A DNA stretch of 32,818 bases from an uncultured Candidatus Saccharibacteria bacterium (GCA_964419015.1 CAYQNM010000003.1:1-32818); one strand, 5' to 3'. Shown: positions 1 to 7,405, numbered from the stretch's first letter. Notes: a model not told the origin generated them from the sequence alone. Numbers and translations: made by a program.

Positions 1-473
1 TGCTTGATCTCCTTCACCTCGCTCACGATGTCGGCGCGATCGATGAATTCTTGGCGCGCGTCGCGGCCCGTCAGCACGAGATCTGTGCCTGCGGGGGCAG
101 CATCAACGAATTCGAGTACCTCCGGGACGGTCAAAAGGCTCAGGTGGATGGCATTGTGCACCTCGTCGAGGATCAGCATGTTCCAAGCACCGGATTGCAT
201 CTCGCGCTTGGCCAGAGCGAGTCCGGCGCGCGCGGCGTTAGCATGGTCTTCGCGCGGCAGAGTGTCGCCCAGAATACCGACGAATCCCAAGCCGGTTTTT
301 ACGATTTTGAAATCAGGCGCCAGGCGTGCGTGAGAGTCGTCCTCGCCGGACCGCCACGGCCCCTTGATGAACTGCACCATCAGCACCTTACGCCCGTCCC
401 CAACCGCGCGTAACGCCTGCCCCAACGCGGACGTCGTCTTCCCCTTTCCGTTACCCGTGATAACCAAAATCAT
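1..473 (-). CDS. cobO: ATP:cob(I)alamin / cob(I)yrinic acid a,c-diamide adenosyltransferase (CobA/CobO/BtuR family). The 3' end runs off the window.
   Basis: Reverse translation from the ATG at 473-471 gives MILVITGNGKGKTTSALG (P-loop). It continues to LVLTGRDARQEFIDRADIVSEVKEIK at the window edge, which is the usual family C-terminal region. The N-terminal 135 codons match ORF 1655..2245 in register. Confidence 0.8.
   Translation of the reverse strand, partial: MILVITGNGKGKTTSALGQALRAVGDGRKVLMVQFIKGPWRSGEDDSHARLAPDFKIVKTGLGFVGILGDTLPREDHANAARAGLALAKREMQSGAWNMLILDEVHNAIHLSLLTVPEVLEFVDAAPAGTDLVLTGRDARQEFIDRADIVSEVKEIK
68..473. repeat. Direct repeat copy A (406 bp) of the cobO 5' region
   Basis: Aligns base for base with 1741-2146 at an offset of 1673 nt. 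I count 7 mismatches. Confidence 0.9.
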
Positions 474-1237
474 GCGGGTATCCGGTTCTTTATAACTTTT
501 GCTCCGCTTACTGATTCTATCTCTCTCCAGTCATCTTCCCGAAAATGTCTATTCTCGCCTTCACCAGCATAGTATGTTTCCCAGCTTTTTTTGTATTGGT
601 TATACATCGCGTCTAGTAATCTTGGGCTTATCGGCTGGAGGCCCAGCTTACCAGCTACTTCCCGTACCTTCTCGACACTGTCAGATTCGATCTCAGCTTT
701 CCATCCATATCCGGTCACATCTTCCACATCAATAAACGTTTTTCCATCGATTTCATATACACGCCTCCGGCTATCCCATACTGATTCTGGACTAACACCA
801 TTCCCAGCAAAACCTTCTAGACAGTTCTCATCGATATCGCTCGTTTCGATTTCGGTGCGCTCGACATCATGAAGAGGATTTGCGCTGGCTTTGAACGAGA
901 GGATAAACTCTTTATCCTCAAAGTTTTTTCTCCGTCTTAATCTCATGATTATCGGTATTCCTTCGGGAATCTTATCCAAAGTAGCTAAGAGATCTAGGCC
1001 CTCTTCCGGCCTGTGGCGCACGACCATACCCAAGAGTTGTTTTGCTTTTTCTTTTGTTACTTTGGGGAAATAGTAGGAGGTTTCCGAGCAAGCCACCACA
1101 AGGTGAGTTCCTGGAAAAAGTTCCTTGATCTTTTCTTCTAATCTCCTCATATCGCCCTCGGAAGAAAGAAGGTATTTCTGCTCGATCTCTCGGGGCGTAG
1201 TTTGTTCGTAGTTGCTTACTTCCGGAGGTCGTTCCAT
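470..1237 (-). CDS. CYTH-domain protein (triphosphate tunnel metalloenzyme; CyaB/ThTPase-like) with a C-terminal extension
   Basis: ORF 470..1237. REIEQKYLL near the N-terminus matches the CYTH ExExK signature strand. Its TGA stop overlaps the cobO ATG (ATGA at 473-470). By eye the gene is AT-richer than its flanks. Confidence 0.6.
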   Translation of the reverse strand: MERPPEVSNYEQTTPREIEQKYLLSSEGDMRRLEEKIKELFPGTHLVVACSETSYYFPKVTKEKAKQLLGMVVRHRPEEGLDLLATLDKIPEGIPIIMRLRRRKNFEDKEFILSFKASANPLHDVERTEIETSDIDENCLEGFAGNGVSPESVWDSRRRVYEIDGKTFIDVEDVTGYGWKAEIESDSVEKVREVAGKLGLQPISPRLLDAMYNQYKKSWETYYAGEGENRHFREDDWREIESVSGAKVIKNRIPA

Positions 1238-1271
1238 GGAGAAATGGTATCACAAACTATATTTTTGGCTA

Positions 1272-1314
1272 CATATTAAAAATAAAAACGAAAAGGCGCC
1301 GGTGTGATGGCGCC
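1272..1314 (-). terminator. Rho-independent terminator downstream of the transglycosylase remnant
   Basis: GGCGCC/GGCGCC stem (1295-1300 / 1309-1314) with an 8-nt loop. On the minus strand it is followed by TTTTCGTTTTTATTTTTAAT. The hairpin starts 1 nt after the stop at 1316-1318. Confidence 0.7.
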
Positions 1315-1315
1315 C

Positions 1316-1740
1316 TTACTGCCTAATGAGGTTGGCGTATTTCAGGATGATTGTCGGATAGCCGACCGAACTACCGTAGTAACGGGCCAGGGATCGGAAT
1401 TGGTCGTCGGCGTATCCGTGGGCAACGAGGAAATTCGCGGCGCTCGGAATGGCATCGGCCGGGTTTGCTAGATCAACGGTGCCGTTCGCGTCGCCATCCA
1501 CGCCGTAGGCCAGTAAACTGTCGGGCATGAACTGGACGAGACCGATAGCTCCGGCATACGAGCCCTTGATGCTGAAACAGTCGAGGCGGGAGCGTAGACA
1601 GTATGTCGAGAGTGCGACAAGCTGGTCGGCCTGCGCCTTCCACCGCACCTGCGGTCACTGGCGCATGCGCGAATACAGCGCATTGAATGTGATCGTACTA
1701 CCCGTATTCTTGCCAAATTCCGTCTCGACGGCGATCAGCC
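1316..1740 (-). pseudogene. Lytic transglycosylase (SLT_2/MltB-like) 3' portion. It lacks its N-terminus and is interrupted by an in-frame TGA at 1655-1657.
   Basis: Read through in one frame, 1740 to 1316 gives AVETEFGKNTGSTITFNALYSRMRQ*PQVRWKAQ...GSYAGAIGLVQFMPDS...DGDANGTVDL..PADAIPSAANFL. This follows the SLT_2 pattern: catalytic-Glu motif E-x-x-F-G, then GSxAGAxGxxQFMP, then DxDxDG. The GTG-started ORF 1316..1648 is the part after the stop. Confidence 0.6.
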
Positions 1741-2146
1741 CCGTCAGCACGAGATCTGTGCCTGCAGGGGCAGCATCAACGAATTCGAGCACCTCCGGGA
1801 CGGTCAAAAGGCCCAGGTGGATGGCATTGTGCACCTCGTCGAGGATCAGCATGTTCCAAGCACCGGATTGCATCTCGCGCTTGGCCAGAGCGAGTCCGGC
1901 GCGCGCGGCGTTAGCATGGTCTTCGCGCGGCAGAGTGTCGCCCAGAATACCGACGAATCCCAAGCCGGTTTTTACGATTTTGAAATCAGGCGCCAGGCGT
2001 GCGTGAGAGTCGTCCTCGCCGGACCGCCACGGCCCCTTGATGAACTGCACCATCAGCACCTTACGCCCGTCCCCAACCGCGCGTAACGCCTGCCCCAGCG
2101 CGGACGTCGTCTTCCCCTTACCGTTACCCGTGATAACAAGAATCAT
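1655..2146 (-). CDS. Truncated cobO paralogue (first ~135 codons) fused in frame to transglycosylase-derived sequence; chimeric ORF, possibly non-functional
   Basis: The ATG at 2146-2144 gives MILVITGNGKGKTTSALG...LVLTG, then diverges into LIAVETEFGKNTGSTITFNALYSRMRQ*. The ORF-track start at 2245 adds 33 implausible residues and overlaps the upstream gene. Confidence 0.6.
   Translation of the reverse strand: MILVITGNGKGKTTSALGQALRAVGDGRKVLMVQFIKGPWRSGEDDSHARLAPDFKIVKTGLGFVGILGDTLPREDHANAARAGLALAKREMQSGAWNMLILDEVHNAIHLGLLTVPEVLEFVDAAPAGTDLVLTGLIAVETEFGKNTGSTITFNALYSRMRQ
1741..2146. repeat. Direct repeat copy B (406 bp) of the cobO 5' region
   Basis: Aligns with 68-473. Homology begins exactly at the ATG and ends after the LVLTG codons. 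Confidence 0.9.
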
Positions 2147-2192
2147 AGTGTTCCTGATTATACCACTGGAGTATGAAAAGAATAACCCGGAC

Positions 2193-2513
2193 TTAGAGTC
2201 CGGGAATAGCCGTTGTCGCGGCAAACGGAGAATCGGCCGGAGCAAACAATACCGAGAATCCGTCCGCGACCAGAACGACCTCTCCGTGACGAATCATGTC
2301 TGTTATGGCTTGCGCCGTTACCTGCTCATAGTTGATGACATGACTGCACGGGAAGCAGTCCTTGTTGTGAAGTATGTTCAAAGAACCGGCAATCCTTACC
2401 ATGTGATGATCCAAGTCGTCGCTCGGAATCGGCTCACGGACGCATCGCTCCAGAAATGCACGCCGCGCCTCATCCCGCAAAAACCGATCATTGGACTCTG
2501 GAATGTCCTGCAT
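2193..2513 (-). CDS. Hypothetical protein
   Basis: ORF 2193..2561. MQDIPESNDRF at 2513 is the more plausible start because the preceding 16 residues are a hydrophobic run. No family recognised. Confidence 0.45.
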   Translation of the reverse strand: MQDIPESNDRFLRDEARRAFLERCVREPIPSDDLDHHMVRIAGSLNILHNKDCFPCSHVINYEQVTAQAITDMIRHGEVVLVADGFSVLFAPADSPFAATTAIPGL

Positions 2514-2574
2514 GCCGCCTCTCCATGGAAATACCAGAAGCAACAGTAAAATAAAAAACAACTTCGGTCAAATA

Positions 2575-2599
2575 CAAAAGCCCCGGTGAGGGGCTTTTG
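2575..2599 (-). terminator. Rho-independent terminator after the RRM gene (bidirectional shape)
   Basis: CAAAAGCCCC / GGGGCTTTTG 10-bp stem with loop GGTGA. The minus-strand tail is TTTTGTATTT. It lies 15 nt past the stop at 2614. Confidence 0.75.
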
Positions 2600-2613
2600 T
2601 ATAACTACGATGA

Positions 2614-2934
2614 TTAGTAGTTGTCGCCACCGCCGAAATTGCGGCTGCCATGAGGGCGAAAACCGCCCTGGCGCGGAGGACGGGCTTCCATCGGACGGGC
2701 CTCGTTGACTACGAGAATCCGGCCGCCGAAGTCCTTACCATTCCACGCTTCGATGGCTTTCTGAGCTTCTTCGTCAGTGGACATTTCCACAAACCCGAAA
2801 CCCTTGGAACGGCCGGTGATCTTGTCGATGATCACTTGGGCGCTCTCAACGGTTCCGACCTGCGCAAATGCCTGGCGGAGCTCATCGTCGGTAGTGCTGT
2901 ACGGCAGACTGCCGACATACAAACGCTTTGCCAT
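2614..2934 (-). CDS. RRM-type RNA-binding protein with a Gly/Arg-rich tail
   Basis: MAKRLYVGSLPY (RNP2) and KGFGFVEM (RNP1) motifs. The ATG at 2934 fits the family N-terminus better than the ORF-track start at 2958. Confidence 0.85.
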   Translation of the reverse strand: MAKRLYVGSLPYSTTDDELRQAFAQVGTVESAQVIIDKITGRSKGFGFVEMSTDEEAQKAIEAWNGKDFGGRILVVNEARPMEARPPRQGGFRPHGSRNFGGGDNY

Positions 2935-3103
2935 GTGTATAACACGCGGATCATCCAAAGAGAATCAATGATTGATGCCAATGGACGTTTCCGGTGCTGT
3001 GTTGACCAGACTTTCGTCTGGACGTAGTAGGACGACCTCCCGTCTAGTTCCTACTAAATGACAAGCACTTAGGGCTCCTATCCGAGAAACCTACACTGGA
3101 GCC

Positions 3104-3132
3104 ATCATAGCACAGGGCGTCATAAAAAGCAA
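3104..3132 (-). promoter_or_regulatory. Putative sigma70-type promoter of the RRM gene (TTGCTT-17-TGcTATGAT)
   Basis: On the minus strand the -35 TTGCTT is at 3132-3127, the spacer is 17 nt, and the extended -10 TGC+TATGAT is at 3112-3104. This implies a ~160-nt 5' UTR. Confidence 0.45.
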
Positions 3133-3294
3133 GACCCCCTCTCAATAATGCTTTTCAGGACGAAATGTCAGATATTGAGAGCGAACCATGATCAGATTGA
3201 GGAAGAATAGTTACTCCTATTCTGACGAAATATGGTCATGGTGCAGCCGCAATTCTGACATTGCAGGCGAAAGGGTGTTATTGGGAGGGGGTCT
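3132..3294 (+). ncRNA. Candidate structured RNA: a 163-nt rod-like imperfect hairpin (6S-like architecture). Function and strand are unproven.
   Basis: Nested helices: 3132-3148/3278-3294 (17 bp, one U-G), 3164-3172/3254-3262 (9 bp), 3185-3194/3233-3242 (10 bp, one U-G) and an apical hairpin 3204-3210/3217-3223. A ~12/11-nt internal loop separates helices 2 and 3. The wobble pairs are valid only on the + strand. Confidence 0.35.
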
Positions 3295-3319
3295 AAGTAT
3301 TCCCTTGCCGGAGGCTTTT

Positions 3320-3328
3320 TGCTATACT
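3320..3328 (+). promoter_or_regulatory. Extended -10 box TGcTATACT upstream of eno
   Basis: TGCTATACT ends 11 nt before the ATG at 3340, and there is no Shine-Dalgarno sequence between them. The -35 is weak. Confidence 0.4.
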
Positions 3329-3339
3329 AGCGCTTGCTC

Positions 3340-4587
3340 ATGAAGACCACCATCACGCATATTGATGCCGAGGAGATTTTGGACTCCCGCGGAACCCCGA
3401 CATTGGCGGTAACCGTCGCGCTGGAAGGCGGCAACGGCTCATTCGCCGTGCCTTCGGGCGCAAGCACCGGCAGTCACGAAGCGCTGGAAAAACGGGACAA
3501 CGACGCAAAGCGTTTCGGAGGCAAGGGCGTATTGTCGATCGTCGAGAATATCCGGGGCGAAATCGCCCGCGCCCTTGGTGGCATGGATGCCACCGACCAG
3601 CGCCGCATCGACGAGCAACTCATCGCCCTGGATGGCACGCCGGACAAATCTCGCCTGGGCGGGAACGCCTTGATCGGGGTCAGCATCGCCTGTGCCAAGG
3701 CCGCAGCAGCCGCATGCGACAAGAAAACTTACGAATACCTGCGAACGCTATCGGTCATTGCTCCTTCGCGATCCGTTCCGTACCTTTTTATGAATCTTAT
3801 CAACGGCGGCTTGCATGCCCAATCCCGCCTGGCATTTCAGGAATACCATATCGTCCCCCAGACGGACAGTATTCAAGAAGCCCTGGACATCGGCACGACG
3901 ATCGCCCGCGCATTAAAAAACATCATTCGCGATCAGTTCGGGGCATCGTCAGCCAATATCGGGGACGAGGGCGGCTTTGCTCCCGACATCACCCAGGTTG
4001 CCAAACCCCTGGATCTTCTCATGGAGGCGATTGAAAAGACCGGCTTGGATGACAAAGCAAAACTCGCCATGGATGTCGCCGCTTCTTCGTTTTTCCGGGA
4101 CGGGGCGTATGATCTTGAAGGCGCGCGAATCGATGCGGCCGAATTGGCTCACACCTATCGCAACCTCATGCAGATATATCCACTGCTTTCGATCGAAGAC
4201 CCGTTTGCCGAAGATGCGTTCTCCGATTTTTCAGCGCTGAACGCGGTCAATCGCCCCGGCAACACCGCCTGCGTCATTGTCGGCGACGATCTCACCGTCA
4301 CTAATCGCGCCCGCCTTGAGACGGCGATCGAACAGCGCGCGATCAGTGGGATCATCATCAAGCCCAACCAGGTCGGCACGCTCACCGAAACGCTCGACAC
4401 CATGCGCCTGGCACGGGACAACGGCATCGAGTGCATCGTCAGCCACCGCTCCGGCGAAACGAACGACGACTTCATTGCCGATCTTGCTTACGCTTTCGGC
4501 GCATTCGGCCTCAAGGCGGGCGCGCCCCAACGCGGCGAGCGTATCGCCAAGTATAACCGGCTCCGGCACATCGCCGCGATGCCATAA
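3340..4587 (+). CDS. eno: Enolase (phosphopyruvate hydratase)
   Basis: ORF 3334..4587. Motifs EILDSRGTPT, GASTGSHEA, IKPNQVGTLTE and SHRSGETND. The ATG at 3340 is preferred over the TTG at 3334. Confidence 0.95.
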   Translation: MKTTITHIDAEEILDSRGTPTLAVTVALEGGNGSFAVPSGASTGSHEALEKRDNDAKRFGGKGVLSIVENIRGEIARALGGMDATDQRRIDEQLIALDGTPDKSRLGGNALIGVSIACAKAAAAACDKKTYEYLRTLSVIAPSRSVPYLFMNLINGGLHAQSRLAFQEYHIVPQTDSIQEALDIGTTIARALKNIIRDQFGASSANIGDEGGFAPDITQVAKPLDLLMEAIEKTGLDDKAKLAMDVAASSFFRDGAYDLEGARIDAAELAHTYRNLMQIYPLLSIEDPFAEDAFSDFSALNAVNRPGNTACVIVGDDLTVTNRARLETAIEQRAISGIIIKPNQVGTLTETLDTMRLARDNGIECIVSHRSGETNDDFIADLAYAFGAFGLKAGAPQRGERIAKYNRLRHIAAMP

Positions 4588-4602
4588 CCAATCACCACCT
4601 TC

Positions 4603-5424
4603 ATGACATCATCTCGCGCCCAGATCGTGGCCACCATCGGCCCGGCAACCAAAAGCAAAGAAATCATCCAACAGTTGATCGCCCATCAGATGGATGTTGC
4701 GCGCCTGAATTTTTCCTGGGGCACCTATGAGGAACACGCCCACTATATTGCGACAATCCGGGAAGCCGCCAAGGAATTCAACAAGGTCATCCCCATCATC
4801 CAGGATCTGTCCGGTCCCCGCGTCCAAAGCGGGAGCGGACATGAGTTCAAGGCCGGAGCGATCGAAATCGTCACGGAAAAAGACCTGAAAGACCTCGATT
4901 TCGGCTTGAGCCAGAACGTCGAGTACGTCTGCATGTCCTATGTCGGCGGCGCCGCCGATGTCAGTCGTCTGCGCGAGGAGATCGCCAAGCGTAGCCCTTC
5001 GACAAGCTCAGGGCAAGTGGCACCCAAAGTCATGGCAAAAGTCGAGCGTCAGGAAGCCCTGGATAACATCGACGAGATCGTTGCCGCCGCCGACGCGGTC
5101 ATGATCGGCCGAGGTGACTTGGGACAAAATATCCCCATCGAGAAAGTCCCGTTCGTCCAAGAAATGATCATCAAAAAGTGCAAAGCCGCTCGAAAGCCGG
5201 TTATCACCGCAACCCAAATGTTGGTCTCCATGGTGGAAAACCCCGAACCAACTCGCGCCGAAGTCACCGACATCGCGTACGCTATCCTCCTGGGTTCGGA
5301 CGCCGTGATGCTCTCCGAAGAAACTGCCCGCGGCAAGCATCCTGTCAGAGCCGTCGCTATTATGGAACGCGTCATCTTGGAAGCCGAGCGGCAGGGCGAT
5401 GTGAAGGACATCAACCCGCTGTAA
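4603..5424 (+). CDS. pyk: Pyruvate kinase, A-domain (TIM barrel) only; no B lid and no C-terminal domain
   Basis: Motifs [48 protein letters not shown] and [20 protein letters not shown] follow pyruvate kinase A-domain order. It is only 273 aa and starts 15 nt after eno. Confidence 0.8.
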   Translation: MTSSRAQIVATIGPATKSKEIIQQLIAHQMDVARLNFSWGTYEEHAHYIATIREAAKEFNKVIPIIQDLSGPRVQSGSGHEFKAGAIEIVTEKDLKDLDFGLSQNVEYVCMSYVGGAADVSRLREEIAKRSPSTSSGQVAPKVMAKVERQEALDNIDEIVAAADAVMIGRGDLGQNIPIEKVPFVQEMIIKKCKAARKPVITATQMLVSMVENPEPTRAEVTDIAYAILLGSDAVMLSEETARGKHPVRAVAIMERVILEAERQGDVKDINPL

Positions 5425-6712
5425 CGGATGCGCGACGCGCTCGCTCGCCGCAAGAATCCCCTGGTCCTTTCGGCAAGGCACGGCAAAAAGCATCGAGCGC
5501 CTGCGGAGAATCCTTCTTAAAGCGCAACGCCGCGTCGATGAGGTGCGAAAAACAGATGCTCCGCTGGTGCGCGCTCATGAGCGCGCACAACCGAATCGCC
5601 GCGTCGGGCTTGTTTTCTCCGCCCCAGTAGAGCGATTGTATAGCGACGCGGATGCAAGCATCCTGGCCGTCCTGGGGACGGGCCAATCCGCACCAATCGG
5701 CAATTTCCGACAGCTCGTCATTCGGCATGGATTCAACCGTACGAATATCAAAGTGATGCGCAATGACCACAAACTCCTTGCCAAATCCTCCGAAGCACGC
5801 ATCACGGTCGCGACGGGCAGAGACGGCAATCGGCTCGCAAAAACGAAATGCCTTGGCGAATTGTTCAGGCGTCCGTACGGGCGGATGCGCGCCGGCCGCC
5901 TCCATAAGATGCGGCGTCAGATAGGCATAGCAGATGGAACGATATTCCGAATCGACCCACGGCCCATCGCACGGCGCGCGCGGATCATCCCGACGATAAA
6001 AGCGCTTCTGCGCCCGAAGCCAGGCAGTACGATCGTGAAACCCTCCGCCGACAAGCTCCATGGTTACTCCCCCGATACATTCCCGCCGTTCCGTCCCCGA
6101 AGGAGATACCTGCGGTAATTGCCGGCACAGCGCAACCGCAGCGGCAAAATCGTAATCCTTAAAAGCCAAGACGCCGTGTCCCAAGCCGTGGAAACACAGA
6201 TTATACGCATTGCTTCCGCCGGGAGCGCGCTGGCACGCTGCCGCTATTTCCGGGAACGCCTTTTCGCCATGGTCATAGAGAAATCCGACCACGATCGAAT
6301 GAGAACACGCGTTGCGAAAATCCGACGTACAGCTTGCCATGCCGGCAATCCCCTTTTGTTTGTAGAGCTCGTCGCCAACAGCATGGCCCAGGAGGTGGAA
6401 ATCAACGCCGGGAGGGGCTGAAATGCGCTTGAGCACCTCGAACGCGTATTCGCCCCCCTTGCGACGGGCAAGCTCGCGAAAGTACTCGGATAAAAAACCA
6501 TAGGAGAGCTGGGAACGTTTTCGGGCAAGCTCCCCTACTTCGGGATAAAAATCGGGCCGCACGGTGTGAACCAGTGATTCGATGCCATCTCGTATCGCAT
6601 CGAACGTTCGGGCGGCGAAAGCTTGGCGGCTTACAACTGCGGCCAACATGAAACACGCGGCAACGCAGATCGTGACAATACTCGGCGAACGGCGGATGGG
6701 AAGCATGCTCAT
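5411..6712 (-). CDS. Secreted or membrane-anchored Cys-rich helical-repeat protein, function unknown
   Basis: ORF 5411..6712. It has an N-terminal signal/anchor ([22 protein letters not shown]) and at least 7 repeats of the type xxC[FIYS][HG]G..(~20 aa)..C. The convergent 14-nt overlap with the pyk end is tolerable. Confidence 0.6.
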   Translation of the reverse strand: MSMLPIRRSPSIVTICVAACFMLAAVVSRQAFAARTFDAIRDGIESLVHTVRPDFYPEVGELARKRSQLSYGFLSEYFRELARRKGGEYAFEVLKRISAPPGVDFHLLGHAVGDELYKQKGIAGMASCTSDFRNACSHSIVVGFLYDHGEKAFPEIAAACQRAPGGSNAYNLCFHGLGHGVLAFKDYDFAAAVALCRQLPQVSPSGTERRECIGGVTMELVGGGFHDRTAWLRAQKRFYRRDDPRAPCDGPWVDSEYRSICYAYLTPHLMEAAGAHPPVRTPEQFAKAFRFCEPIAVSARRDRDACFGGFGKEFVVIAHHFDIRTVESMPNDELSEIADWCGLARPQDGQDACIRVAIQSLYWGGENKPDAAIRLCALMSAHQRSICFSHLIDAALRFKKDSPQALDAFCRALPKGPGDSCGERARRASVTAG

Positions 6713-6718
6713 GGATAT

Positions 6719-6724
6719 AGTATA
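6719..6724 (-). promoter_or_regulatory. -10 box TATACT 6 nt upstream of the ATG at 6712 (leaderless-type arrangement)
   Basis: The minus strand reads GGAGGTATACTATATCC-ATG. The box sits just downstream of the terminator at 6747-6768. Confidence 0.35.
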
Positions 6725-6746
6725 CCTCCCGTGAGGCCGCTACGAA

Positions 6747-6768
6747 AACAAGCCCTCACGGGCTTGTT
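6747..6768 (-). terminator. Rho-independent terminator after the 6782..7306 gene
   Basis: Minus strand: AACAAGCCC-GTGA-GGGCTTGTT followed by TTCGT. It lies 14 nt past the stop. Confidence 0.7.
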
Positions 6769-6781
6769 GGAAAGCGCAACG

Positions 6782-7306
6782 CTATTTGACCGGTGGTGGA
6801 ACGTAGTTGGCGATATAAAAGACAATAGCCAGGGTTTTGTTACCCGCGGTCGGACGAGCATAGAACGTCACCCGCTCGATACCGCGCTTGAATGTTATTT
6901 CGATCTCGCCCGACTTGAGCTGACGGCCCGTAGGAATCGGAGTCCAACCCGTGTTCGAAAGGAGTTTTTGATACTGCTCTCTCAAGCTCTGGGGCGAATC
7001 CGATGTCGTGAAAGCGACTTTGTCCGCCCGATTACCATCGATGATCACTTTCTGTCCAAGCTGAACAATAGGATCGGCCCCGAGAACAAGATACCGAGGA
7101 AAGCCCTGGGGAAGTTTGCTCAAGGACTGTCGGGAAAGCACGGGAAGTTCTTGCGAATAACTGCCGGTCCGCTGATAGCGAGGACCGTGAGAAAGCCAGC
7201 CACGCTGGTACGCAAAAATCCCGACAATAACAATCACGACGAGCGACCAGATGGCATATTTGTTTTGCGGAACCCGCATAAGTGCAAAAGTCTTATCTCC
7301 CAACAT
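6782..7306 (-). CDS. Hypothetical membrane-anchored protein
   Basis: ORF 6782..7306. It has one N-terminal TM segment (AIWSLVVIVIVGIFAY) followed by a soluble domain. No family recognised. Confidence 0.6.
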   Translation of the reverse strand: MLGDKTFALMRVPQNKYAIWSLVVIVIVGIFAYQRGWLSHGPRYQRTGSYSQELPVLSRQSLSKLPQGFPRYLVLGADPIVQLGQKVIIDGNRADKVAFTTSDSPQSLREQYQKLLSNTGWTPIPTGRQLKSGEIEITFKRGIERVTFYARPTAGNKTLAIVFYIANYVPPPVK

Positions 7307-7310
7307 AGTT

Positions 7311-7319
7311 AGTATAGCA
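7311..7319 (-). promoter_or_regulatory. Extended -10 TGcTATACT 4 nt upstream of the ATG at 7306 (leaderless-type)
   Basis: The minus strand reads GGTGCTATACTAACT-ATG. The -35 is poor. Confidence 0.4.
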
Positions 7320-7356
7320 CCGTTCCGAAATCCGAAAGCGTCCCGATGTGGATAAA

Positions 7357-7405
7357 TATTTTTAAAAAACTAAAACGGCGGCCGCGGGGGACTCCGCGAC
7401 CGCCG
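7357..7405 (-). terminator. Strong Rho-independent terminator ~270 nt downstream of typA
   Basis: Minus strand: CCGGCGG-T-CGCGG-AGTCCC-CCGCG-G-CCGCCG (11 bp plus one mismatch), followed by TTTTAGTTTTTTAAAAA. Confidence 0.8.

Noticed and set aside
1655-1657. TGA recoding (for example genetic code 25) as an explanation for the in-frame stop in the transglycosylase
   Set aside because: TGA terminates several well-defined genes at family-typical C-termini in this window (RR1, GT2, the GNAT-like gene, the CYTH gene). A pseudogene is the simpler reading.
4-2086. Plus-strand ORFs 4..333, 51..413, 1527..2006 and 1817..2086
   Set aside because: They lie antisense to the two cobO copies, which is why they are duplicated. 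Their sequences are low-complexity and Ala/Arg/Ser-rich. The minus strand encodes the P-loop CobO family protein.
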